Assembly (NCBI GenBank): GCA_040954595.2
Contig: CM082595.2
Location: forward strand, 10,405,918-10,469,917
DNA from: Balanoglossus misakiensis
Lineage: Eukaryota > Animalia > Hemichordata
DNA length: 64,000 nt
Direction of reading: 5' to 3'
The position numbers were made by a program, and so were the translations under genes. Every line of letters begins with the position of its first letter. Position 1 is the stretch's first letter. This document shows, one piece after another, positions 13,201-24,832 of the stretch. The notes beneath the pieces are model-generated. The model ran no database searches. It worked only from the letters and a program-made list of their open reading frames with translations, and had not been told where the DNA came from.

Positions 13201-15722
13201 TTACAAGGAGTTGTTACCTCGAACAAAGACATGTTTACATAACTTAAATAGGCCAGCTGTTACAGAGACCACCAGCTATCAAATTTTAATTACCAGTGGC
13301 AGGTCAGTGTGTGTCTGTTCCAGGGCTGACTGAAAGAAGTTGCTTCGCATATGTGTTTGTACAGACAATTTTTGGTCATTTTTTTTTCTAGCACCACTTG
13401 TAAGACTGCCATGACACATGACAGTTTATTGGGCATGTTCCTTGTTAATGTTTTTACATTCCATATTTCTATATGGTCAGATCATATCTGCTTGCAAATG
13501 TCACCTGTAATTTTTATTCTGGTGTGTCACTGTTTCCGCATAATCCTCAAATGTCATCAGATCTCCGAATGTGATGAAAACAGTGTGTTTTGAGTGTTTT
13601 TTAAATGACCTTTTGGGTTAAAAGTTGCAAAAATGGCAATTTTGTCTTGAAAGGGGTCAATAAGACTGACTTTTTTGGAATCAGCACCATTTTTTACATT
13701 GAATGGACTAGTCTGCTCAAACTTTCCTTACCAACAATTCTGTTTAATCTTCTGTAACATGTATACTAGTATACATGTAGCTGCCTGATAGTTTGCCCTG
13801 CGTGTGTAATTGCTGAGTGACATAACGCATTCTGTGATTGGTGCAGTCACGTAACCACCAATAAGATCGCTTGTTATAAGGAGAACTGCACGACCTTTAA
13901 CCGCATTAGCATACCTGATTTTTAGGGCTCGATATTACCTCTGAGGACGCAATATTTAAGTTGAAGTTTTTTTTCTTTTATCATATTAGAGCAAGAAGAC
14001 TTGTTTTTATGTAAAAGAAATAAACCTTAATATACAGAGTGCATTTTGAAACGATAGGCAGGTCCGGCCCATAGCCTAATTCTTCATTTTTCTGTCATGC
14101 GTAGGAATTGATCAGTGCTAACAACCCATGTCAAAATGGCAGCACTTGCCAACCCTAACCTCGTGTGGGGCATTGACGTGCACCTGCCAAGGATGCTATA
14201 CTGGGAGCGCTGTGAAAATTGTCAGTCAGTTTCTTTTGTCAAATTAATCAATATGTGTGGGACTGCTATACATGTATATAAAACAGAATACTGCGATGGA
14301 AAATTCTATAACTTAATGTTTCACTGGATATATGACTTAAAGTTAGCAGGATGCAGTGAATTCAACAGAAAGTGTAATTTCCTCTTGTGTGAGCTCTGTG
14401 CGACTGTGCCAATGAAAATCTCACCACAAACAAAAATGACAGGTATACACTGTATATTAGCAGCTTTGTCTCTGTAATAGCCATAGTGTTTTGAAGTTGA
14501 AAACTTGCAAAGTGTGCAGTTTTATTCACACTACAAAGGAAACATTGTTGAAACGGATTATCTGTGTACATTGTCAAACTGTACACTTGTCGCGAGATTT
14601 ATTCTCAATTATATTATATCATGCTACCGTCCGCAATGCTGATTGGACGAGAGCTAAATCCAGCGATGCTAAAATACTCAATAATGCACTGCTGACAGTG
14701 GTAAAACGGGCTTTCTGTTTGCCACATGGGTTTGTTCTTTAGGTTGTTGTATGTGTTTACACTCATCATGTTTATTGTAGAACCAGGGTCGATCAGTGAG
14801 GCAACTGCTGTTTGTTCTGTCTGCACTGTTACTTGAGGCCTCCTGCCATTTGATTGTTGTACAGTGAAGCAGTATTCATCTCCCGAGCTGTCTTCCACTT
14901 TATGCACAGCTTTGACAGTTTCATCCTTGTCTACCCTATTTGCCTTGCCTTTTGATCGGTAGCATTTGGCAAAATAGTTAGGTTTGCCACACTTCCTGCA
15001 TGACTTGCCTTTAGCTGGACATACTGAGTCATGTGGATAGGTGCCACCACAATAATAACAAGTGGACGGTCCTTTCGCTGGCTGCTGATGAGCTCTCTTT
15101 TGTTTATTTGGTTTCGGGCGTTGGTGGCGCTGTTTTCTGACCGCATTCACAGATGCCGTATCTGCACCATATTTTTGGGTTTTCTCCTCAATCCCACTAG
15201 CCTGAACCTCTGATACCTCAAATGAACAGGCTGTACTCAGTAGATTCTCTAGTGTCGTCTCCTCCCGAAGAGCACGACGTCTGAGACGGGCTGATGTGAA
15301 TCCTCGTATGATTTGTGATTTGACCTCTTGATCCTTATTGGTGAAGTCACATATGTTTCTGCTAGGCGTTGCAAACAAGTGTGATAGGCATCAATCGATT
15401 CGCCGTTGTTTTGTATGGTGTCTCTGAAGATAAATCGTTCGTATTCAATGTTCCGTTTAGGTGAGAAGTATGACGAAAGCTTTAATTTGGCTGTTTCACA
15501 GCTAGTTCCTGTATCTGGTAGAGTATCAAAGAAGTTGGAAACTTCCTCACCTGCCCAGTGCAATAGCAGTGCACGTTGTCGCTTGTCATCTGTAATGTTG
15601 AATGCGACAAATGCGTTTTCTACTCTAGCCATGTACTTTTTCCATCTCGTACTGGTGGTTGTCGGGTCTGAATGAACAGGAAAACTCGACATTGACGGCT
15701 AGCTGATTCTCCATGTTCTCCG

Positions 15723-15734
15723 TCCTCGTCGCCA
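15723..15734 (-). promoter_or_regulatory. Primer binding site complementary to the tRNA-Ser(GCU) 3' end
   Basis: Minus-strand TGGCGACGAGGA is the complement of ...TCCTCGTCGCCA. Confidence 0.8.
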
Positions 15735-15736
15735 AA

Positions 15737-15907
15737 TATAGAATCGTTGGTGGGCAATAATGACAACACGAGACACCAAGTCCGGCATGTAAGAGTGAGA
15801 GTGCCTAGCCTCGTTCACGCACTTTATTCATAATGACCCGAATGTTGCATTACGTCATTTTACAGAATATATAAAGTATAGATGCTCACTAGTGTTTGGA
15901 TACTACA
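15737..15907 (-). repeat. Short 5' LTR (171 bp)
   Basis: On the minus strand it starts TGTAG and ends CTATA (degenerate CTACA), contains AATAAA, and is followed after 2 nt by the PBS. Confidence 0.7.
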
Positions 15908-16090
15908 ATATACATGTGACTGCAGTGTCTTTCCAATCATGAATTTGCAAGGTGTCCTTCGGAGAAAATCTTCTGATTCTCTTTTCTGATTTGCTTTGCA
16001 TATTTAACTTAATGATCTCATTTGTTGGAATTCCCTGTCTCAAATTTTTGATGATCAGTCTCTGCCCCATTGCTCATCGTCCCAACTTTC

Positions 16091-16427
16091 TGATGATATA
16101 TGGATGATAGATGGGATCAAATCTTTGGTCGTGTATTTGCTACAAATGGTAGGTATTGGTTCGTGATTGAGTCTTTGTGTTGTATATTTGGGGTCGCAGT
16201 GGTATGAGTTTGGATTTATGCCAATCTTTAAGTTAAGTGTTATTTGGGTTGCCGTTGAGCATTGATGGCTTGATAAGTGGGGCTAGGGTCAATTTTGATT
16301 GGGTTTGGATTGTTTGGGCTATGATAGGTTGGGTGATGGCTAGGATTTGTGGTGGGTATATGGTGTGGTGTAAGAGATGGAGGCATTATGGGGTCTGGTG
16401 AGGTTTTTGTGAAGGAGGCCATGGTGG
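16091..16427 (-). repeat. Inverted fragment of the 57.6-61 kb C/A-rich satellite
   Basis: The reverse complement matches ~57825-58160 (e.g. CCACCACAAATCCTAGCCATCACCCAACCTATCATAGCCCAAACAA). Confidence 0.92.
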
Positions 16428-18680
16428 CTGCAGAATTCAGGGCATGCTGTAGCGGTTGAATGCATGATGATGGTAAACCACAGAGTATTGCATTGCAGTA
16501 GTCCAGTTTTGATGTGATTAGAGCATGAACCAGCATCTGGCAAACTTCCTTAGTGAGGTAACGGCGAATGTGGCTGATTTGACGCAGATGGAAGAAAATT
16601 GACTTGCAAATTGCATTAATGTGCTTATTGAAAGTGTAATTGTCGTCGAATGTCACACCTATATTCCGTGCAGAATTCACAATTTGAACACAACATGATC
16701 CAATGCTCATGCGGTTTATGGGACGAGGCGAGCGGTTGAACTGAGACCTTATCAGGAGTACCTCGGGTTTGCCACCATTTAGTTGAAGTTTATTATGTGT
16801 CATCCAGGTTTTTATTTCGTGAACTGCCCTTTCCATCTTGTCTAATGTACTTATGGTGTCTAACTGGAAGAAATATTGGTATAGTTGGTTGTCATCGGCA
16901 TATTGGTGAAAATTGATGTTGTGGTGACAAATAAGTTGAGCAAGTGGTTGGATGTAGCTGCAGAACAAAAGTGGGCCAAGCACTGAACCGTGTGGTACTC
17001 CATATTGTAGATATTGAGGTTCTGACATTGAGCCATACAAACTGCTGTCTGTTCTTAAGATATGATGAGAACCATTGTAGTGCGATGTTGGTGATGCCCA
17101 GTTTTGATAACCTTGAGATGATTGTGTCGTGATCTATGGTATCAAACACAGAGGAGAGATCGAGGAGAACCATGAGTACACATTTACCGGCATCCAGTGC
17201 CATACAAATATCGTTGTTGACTTTAGTAAGTGCTGTTTCGGTACTGTGATCCTTTCGGTACGCTGACTGCAGTGGTTCTTGTAGTGAGTTGGTAGTCAAA
17301 TATGATGTCAGTTGTTGTGCTACAATCTTCCCGATTACTTTTGACAGGAAGGTTAGGTTTGAAACTGGTCTATAGTTCTTGAAAATGTTTTTGTCGAGCG
17401 AAGGTTTCTTGAGTATATTGGTGTGATGACTGCTATTTTAAGTTATTCAGGAACAGTTCCAGTTTTGAGTGACAAATTGATAATTGTGGCTATGATAGTG
17501 AGCAGATTACCAAGACATTGCTTATCAAGTGCTGTAGGGATGAGATCAAGTACACGTGTTTTAGATGGAGACTGACGGGTTGGTTATAAGCTGATATGGC
17601 TGAGGAGAGGTCATTTGGAGGCTAGGACATTTGATGTATTTTGTCGAGATCATGGCTGAAACTATCAATTGAAATGGCAGATACGACGATAAGATATTTG
17701 ACGTCTACTGTGTGTTGGTTTCGGAAGAGCAAGTTTTGCATTGACAGGATTGTGATCAGAGAGTTCCAAGCAGTCTACAGAGACACTCTTGATGTTAGAC
17801 GCAGAGTTAGATAAGATGAGATCAAGAGTATGACCCTTTCTGTGTGTTGGTTGTTGGACCCATTGTTTCAGATTACAGGCGCTGATGATTCCATTGAATT
17901 TCTGTGTTACTGGATTCTTATCATCTTCTAGGTGAATATTGAAATCTCCTACGATGAAGAGATTACTTGAGCAGGTGACATACTTCTCAAGTGTTGTACT
18001 GAACTCTTCCATGAACTGTGGTGCGGTGAATTTATTATTAACTGATGGTGGTGGACGGTAGACAAGAATTATTTTCATGGAAAGTTTCTGGTGAAGAATA
18101 GTTGCTTCCGCTGCCTCAAAAGATTTAACAGAGAGAATAGGCTTCCAAGCTGTTTATTTTAGTGCTAGCTTATGAATTTAAGCTAAGCCTCCACCGATCT
18201 TGCCAACCCCAGGTAGATGTTTGACAGCATAGCCTGGTGGTGTACATTCAGCCATTACGTGTTCGTCACCAGATTCCTTCAACCATGTTTCAGTGAGTAC
18301 AAGAATATCAATTTCTTTATCTGTGATGTAGTCTGCAATGTCTAATGATTTGCATCTAGCTGAGCAGACATTCCATGTAGAGAGTAGAAGTTCACACGTA
18401 TTGTGGAAAGGGTGGATCTTGAATACTGCATAGTCACTCTTCAATAGATATTTAGTGACTCGCTAACTGTTGCGATTCGTGTGTGTGTAATTTACGTACT
18501 TCAAGTTAAATATCGCAACTAGCCGTAATGTTTGACTAGGGGGAGCACCTATACTAATGCGAGTACCAGGGATTGAAAGTTGCACCTGTATTTTGATCCC
18601 TTAGTTACCCTTATAAGTACATTTGTAGTTTAATAACCATAGTTCTATTGCAAACCATTCTTTCCGTAGTTTCTTGTTTC
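16428..18680 (-). mobile_element. Decayed L2/CR1-group LINE ORF2 (EN+RT), internally deleted, 3' end replaced by satellite
   Basis: Motifs [44 protein letters not shown] and [12 protein letters not shown] ORFs at 17665-18444. Several frameshifts. Confidence 0.95.
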
Positions 18681-18919
18681 AAATATTGTAATCTGAATTT
18701 ATTTTGATGTTTAACAGGTGTGATTATCTGTATTTGCGGCCATTTTGAAAAAAAATTGGTTGCCATGGAAACTCTTCAACAGATATTTAGTGACTCGCTA
18801 TCTGAATTTGTTCAGTACACATTAACACACATCTGAGCCAAGTTTGGTGCTTTTATCACAAAATACACAATCGATATGAAAATTTGGGTTTTGGTGCTCC
18901 ACTACCTAAGTAACATTAA

Positions 18920-19336
18920 GGATGTACGTTCAATAAAATGGAAAGTATTGTCATTTTTTTTAATTGTGGATTTTTTTATTCTCTTTTGTATGTATAATGA
19001 AAATCCGTAATAAAATATAGGGGTCACCGCGCTTGTTTTTGAAATACAGAGCCATGGAATTGGTCGATAATAGAAGAAATCTGCTGACTCAGCATTTTTC
19101 ACCAATGGTTTGTTTGTCTATGGCCAAAATTCTTAATGCAATTTATCTCAAAAAAGAGCGCGGTGACCCCTATATTTTATTTGACCAATGAATTTATATT
19201 TGCTGGACTGAGCTATGCGTAAAATTTCGTGAAAATGACAATAGTAGAAGTTTGTTTTCTGGCGATTATCAATGTAATCCTATGGGAAAAAGACCGGACA
19301 CGCAGTGTTTCCGGTTTATGTTCTGCACATACATCC
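18920..19336. mobile_element. Kolobok-like MITE, copy 2
   Basis: Paralog of 1942-2351. Confidence 0.65.
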
Positions 19337-19684
19337 TTGATGAAGTTTGCTGGCTAGAGGGCTCCTAAACCTCCTTAATATTTGACGTCTTCACTCCTAC
19401 AGGACTGCGCAGCTGGAAGTTAAAGTTCAGCATGTTCTGAAGCATGCACGCTGTGTCCAGGGGTTTCATGTGTGGAACAGCCAGCCTCTCATCACCATCA
19501 CAATGCGGACTGGGATATTTTGCCAACAATGGAAGTATAGACTGTACGCCTTGTCCTGCCCCGGGTATAAGTGCCAATATGATGGTATGTCGGAGCCAGA
19601 GGTGTGTGAAGATGGATACTACACTAATATAGATGGTGAGTCAGCACTTAAAGTTTGGGCATTACTGTGTAATCTTTCACTTAA

Positions 19685-20189
19685 AGCACGTAAGCTGTAA
19701 CTTTTGGGATAATTTTCATAATTTTTGTTTAAAACTGCACTACCATTAGTCCATGCAGATGAAGGCAGTGAACTATACACAAGCATTATAAACCCTAAAT
19801 ATGAGTGCATATGCAAGTTTTAACCAGATAAATAATAAAGCTTTGCCGCAAGCGATTATGGCCGCCACCCTGGGAAAATGCAAGAAACAATGAAAATGTT
19901 GCATTTCCGGTTGTGAAACTTCATAAACAAAACATGATCTCATCCACTTGAGCTCATGGAAGTAAATGTACACCACTGAGACATCAGATTTCCATTTTTC
20001 ATTGCAATATTGCACTTTTTTTTAAATTGCAGGAATTTTCGTTTTTTCTTTAATTTTTGGCCATTGTGTCATAAATAAGTGTTGAGCTTGATATATTATC
20101 ATGAAATATCATTTAATAGACATAATTAAAAGCATATATGAGATTATTTAAAACTTTAATTTTTTTATCCAGTTGCAGCTTACGTGCCT
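19685..20189. mobile_element. Kolobok-like MITE, copy 2
   Basis: Paralog of 2700-3205; the left TIR has lost one G. Confidence 0.85.
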
Positions 20190-22091
20190 TTAAGGCGGAC
20201 GATCATCTTATGTGCATGTACGTAATTCTGTGCGTACAAACATTACGTCCAGTCCAAATATTCTGCCAATTTTACATCCAATGCATTCAAATAGTGGACT
20301 GCTTCGCTTTCATCCAGTTTTCATGTGCATCGTATAAGTAGACTTTTGTTTTGTCCCGTCTTTTCACCAAATTTGCTCTTTTCCAAATCTCCGACACAGA
20401 CTATGATCGTCACGATCTTGTCTGTTGTTAGAACAGCACACTGCCGTATGGCATTGACTGTACACAGTTTCTGTTACCAATATCTCTGGATTGGCATTTT
20501 CCTGTCCTCAATCTTTTGCCAGGGATTTTTGTCTCCCCAACCCGCGTGAGAATCCCACGTCTTTGAAGGTATGACTGTGACTATAAGATTCTATAAATCT
20601 CTGTTTATTTTCAGCACAAACATCATGTGCTGATTGCCCAGCTGGTAACCAATGTCCAAATGGTAACACTGTGATTTTATGCTCGGCTGGTTATTACAGT
20701 TCGGCCTTGGACAAAGGATGTCTCGCTGTACCTCTTGCATAACAGGTAAACTTCTACCCACCCACCTTTATTTCCAACATCAAACATTAGGTCAGGTAAT
20801 TTACTAACTGAAAAATAGGATGGGATCATTTTCTATTTCTGTATTTAAAATTTACTGATATAATATATGAATGAAAAAATGACAATTTTTCCAAATTTGA
20901 ATAGACCTCTATTTATGAAAATAATTAAAATTTGCACCAAATTTTTACAGTGGTATTCAAAGGTTAACTTGGTGTGTAAATTCTCTGTTTGATTTACAGA
21001 TCAGCTGGTGCTGAACATTGTACTATTTGTGAGCAAGGGTACGCCTGCATAGATCCCAGTGCATCGCAATTCAAGTGTACCAAGGGTTACGTGTCATTGG
21101 CTGGTGCAACAAACTGTACCAGATGTACAAATGGTAAGATTGTGGTACTTGTTCAGTTTGCTGTGTGATGAAACTGAGGGGTATGTGTGTATGCATGTAT
21201 GTGTTTACAACAGATTATCAACTCAGTGCGAGATCTTGCGAGACCCGGTTAGCCATGTGAGATCTCGCAGAGTCTTATGATATTCAGAAAATGGTTGATT
21301 AGAAATGACGTTTAATGTCCTCCAAAGAATTTTCTACATGCCTGTATACTTGTCTCAGAATTATGAAGTGAATCATCTCAAGTAATTTGTTATTTTAAAT
21401 GACACTGTATCACAAATACATCACTAAAAACCTCATTTTCTTTAATCAGATGAAATAAGTGAGGAGCCTGCACGCACATCCTGTCTTCTGTGCCCTTCTG
21501 GACAATCGTGTTCAGATCCAATGTAAGATCCGCTCGACTGTGGCAATGGTGAATATGCTATGGAAGGCGACGGCACATGCACGCCTTGTCCAGCGGGATC
21601 CAAGTGTCCAACCATGTCACCCGTAGTGGATTGTTCAACAGTTACTGGTAAGTTGGGCTGCAAATCACTCTTGTGACTTCCCTGTGTTATAGCATGGCAT
21701 ACACAGAAAATTGAACTGTTATGCTTATTGGAGTTGATATTGTGATGCACTTTGAAAAACACAATGATTCCACTGAAGAGGTATTGTACAGTAAAACCTG
21801 TGATTACGGACATCTCTCTAATAAGGGATCGTTGGACCAAACCATGGTGGAAAAAATCGTTCTTTGAATTTTTTCTGTGATAGGTTCATACTCGTTAGGT
21901 TCGGCCACGTCCTTCTGGTTATGAATGCACAACTACAAGTGTCACACAGTGCGCTACAGGGCAGTAAAGTGCTGAAGGAGGTAAGTCTTGAAATCCCTTT
22001 TCTTCTTGTCTCGATTTGAACATGGTTCCACAAGTTGTTTACATCACTTGTAGTTTTACATATTTTTTGAGTTCAACAGCTAGCTATACAT

Positions 22092-22754
22092 GGTGTCCTG
22101 AGAAGTCAACCAGTATGAGAAGTCGGTCTCGGCCAGTACGAGAAGTCGGCCTGTGGGAGAGAACCCTGGTACTTTGTGTTATATATAACTGTTTCACTAC
22201 GAAATGTTTCCTTGATGTACAGGAGCTGAGATATTTGTACAAATAGCCGATGAATTTTAAAACTGTCTGTTCACTTTTCATGTACGTCACCGGGGTACGT
22301 CAACATCAGTCACCTGCACTTCTTGAGCTGCGCCAGTAGTCTGTTCCTTGTCACGTTTGTTTGTTTGTTTGGTGTTGTCTCAGAAAGTATGAATATACAC
22401 ATACATCTTCTATGTATTTTAGTAGGCTTTGAAACAACTCCCTTTAATCAGAAATGTCACAGGAATTTGGCGAACAACCTAAGCTCCTTATGCGGATACG
22501 GGGCTGGGGAACTGGTACGGATGCCAGACGCCATTATTTGAAATGACGCCATTGTGTTGTCAAGAATTTGGGAAATCCGTCCAAATGAAAATATTTAGTG
22601 CAATTATATTTTATTAAGTGTTGTTATAAGTAATCTGGGTCATTACTGCACTATTCGGGTACAAGTTCAACAACTGGCCGACTTCTCATACTGGCCGACT
22701 TCTCATGCGCGCGAACTGGCCGACTTCTAATCTGGCCGACTTCTCATGTATTCC
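22092..22754. mobile_element. Subterminal-repeat transposon, copy 2
   Basis: Paralog of 5171-5837. Confidence 0.7.
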
Positions 22755-23947
22755 TATACATTAGTGAAAATTGGGCAAACTGGTGTTTTCAGACAACTTA
22801 TGAAGTCCTTGTCTCAATGGAGGTACCTGCCAACAACAGGTAAATTCTTGTACTGCCACAATTTGCATGTGCACAGAGTGTTACTAGGGAACCAGTTGTG
22901 AGACAAGTAAGTTTGAATCTGTAGCAGTTAATAATGATAATTATCATTTTTTTATTATGATTTAAACTTCACTGATGTTGTACAAACACAAAAATAGAAA
23001 GGGATAGCAGCTTAGCTCTATTCCGTTTCGAAAGTTTTTGTTCTTTTAAACTACCTGTGCATTTTTTTTATTTATTCTGATTATGCTAATATGCTAATTT
23101 GTCGGTTTGTCACATCACAATTTTTGAAGGAAACTCACCCCTGATGATCATGGAAAATTTGACCCTTTTCCTTGCAGGACTCAACCAGTGTCAACCAAAT
23201 CCGTGCCAGAATGGTGGCTTCTGTCAACCGGCTCGAAATTCCTGCTTTGATCTCACCTGCATATGTACTGGTTGCTACAAAGGTGATAGGTGTGAGATAT
23301 GTAAGTATACAGCGCAGTCTCATTCAAATACTGCATGTTTCCTGAGCATAGGTGTAGCCATCACCACAGCAGAGCTTGGAGAGTTCTTGACATCGAATGC
23401 AAGATTACACTCTTTCCAATCAAAATCACTTTCGTGGCGCATAATGTCTTGATTGTCTTGGTTCAAGAAACATTATGCGCGACTGGCCAATTTTACTGCC
23501 TTTTGTCAACACACATCCACTATGGAAATTCTCACTCCAGGCCAGATAGTGTAAATTTACATATGAGTCTACAGGTGTGCTTGAAGTCAAGTCAAGCATT
23601 TGCAAGGAACCCTCCTCCAGTACACAGGTCTTTGATTTCATGAAGGGAAGCCCTTGCCTCACAGTCACTGCCATGTGATCTATGGAGGTGTGAACAACTT
23701 GATACCAGCCTAATATAAGTTGTAGGCACAATCACTCCACACACCCTTGCCATAATTCTGCAAGGTTTTTGCCATATCTGTACTGTAGAATGAGTAGCAA
23801 GGAATAAAATGGCGTCCTTTCTTAATTTCCAGTGCAAAACCCCTGTGATCCCAACCCATGTATGAATGGTGGATTTTGCCAGCAAACATCGTGCAATTTC
23901 TATTCATGCCAGTGTGTGAACTCTTACACAGGTGACATCTGTCAAAC

Positions 23948-24832
23948 CATAGACCCTAGAGAAAGAAGGGCGAGCAACTGCGGCAAAGATCAAAGGGTTT
24001 GGGGATTATCTGTATGATGATGTTTTTTTGTATATAATTAACACCCAGGACAGTCGGACAATGACTTCCTTACTTCGGCACGTGTCGACCCCACCAGTGA
24101 TGCGAAAACTTGCCACCAAACTGGCACTACTGCATTTCAGCAGCCACTGCGTTTTTTTCTAAAATTCTAAAAGTATTACGATGTCTGTGCTAATTATTAT
24201 GGTTTGGTGTTCGTCTGTCGGTTGAACGGTCATTTCTAGTGCCACAAGCTTCATTTAAAAATTGTAAACAAATCATCCATGTTTTTTGCATGTCCGACTG
24301 GGCACTCATATTTCTTAGTAACGCTGACACTTTTCGTAATAATTTTATGTTTGCGTGAAGCATTGAAATAAAAATTGTGGTTTAGGGGCATTTTATTTCG
24401 CAGTGCGTGAACAATAAAACAGATTTCACGAAAACAATTTGTAAACAAACTGGGTGGATTATCATGTGTGCGCTATGGCCGCCAGGCAACCCTCGGTACG
24501 GTTAGCTCACAGCCTTGTGAAATACCCGGACTGTTAGACAAAAGATGCTTGTTTTGGACGCTGTCAGACTCAGATTCAAATTCCTGTTTAACTTGTCCAG
24601 ATGTGTTCCATAAATAATCGCTGCGTTCAACCACGTTGCAGTTTTCTCGTCTTCTGTGAGATGTTCTGAGGTGTTGTGATAACTTCACACAAAACACGAG
24701 ACTTTGCGTTAGTTTATACACAGTTTATTTGCAAATTGGATTATTGGGATTTATCTGGAAATAATGTATGCAAAAGAACATCATTTCAAGAAAAAACTGG
24801 AGTTGCGCGTCCTTCTTTCTCTAGGGTCCATG
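23948..24832. mobile_element. P-like MITE, copy 2
   Basis: Paralog with the same TSD. Confidence 0.85.

Larger units (their letters stand above)
2418..14220 (+). pseudogene. Spliced pseudogene fragment of a large Cys-rich extracellular protein: GCC2/GCC3 repeats plus 12 eight-cysteine EGF modules (copy 1)
   Basis: AG/GT-bounded exons. GCC-type: 2418-2650, 3631-3761, 4016-4149, 4529-4726, 4963-5059. EGF (phase 1-1): 5876-5989, 6261-6383, 6918-7032(+7925-7926), 8405-8527, 8843-8959, 9352-9474, 10039-10161, 10555-10674, 10970-11092, 11477-11593, 12042-12164, 14105-14220. Lesions include in-frame stops (e.g. TAG 10131-10133), frameshifts, a GT>AT donor at 10675 and a TE inside an exon. Confidence 0.9.
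14728..15907 (-). mobile_element. Truncated Ty3/Gypsy (Mag-like) LTR retrotransposon: 5' LTR, PBS, gag, start of protease
   Basis: Gag RWKKYMARVENAF..RALLLHWAGEE..YERFIFR; paired zinc knuckles CYYCGGTYPH..CPAKGKSCRKCGKPN; protease LIDPGS. One frameshift; no RT or integrase. Confidence 0.92.
1..16978. repeat. Tandem segmental duplication, copy 1 (begins before the window)
   Basis: Position 1 AGCACTGAACCGTGTGG recurs at 16979 and 31666. Near-identical ORFs recur at a fixed offset (687/17665/32352). Confidence 0.97.

Noticed and set aside
5876-14220. Assignment to Notch, fibropellin, crumbs, SVEP1 or uninflatable
   Set aside because: No diagnostic domains are present and the 8-Cys pattern does not fit, so no gene symbol was given.
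2418-14220. Functional gene or mutually exclusive exon cassette
   Set aside because: Stops, frameshifts and a dead donor affect both the GCC and EGF parts, and there is no start, signal-peptide or terminal exon.
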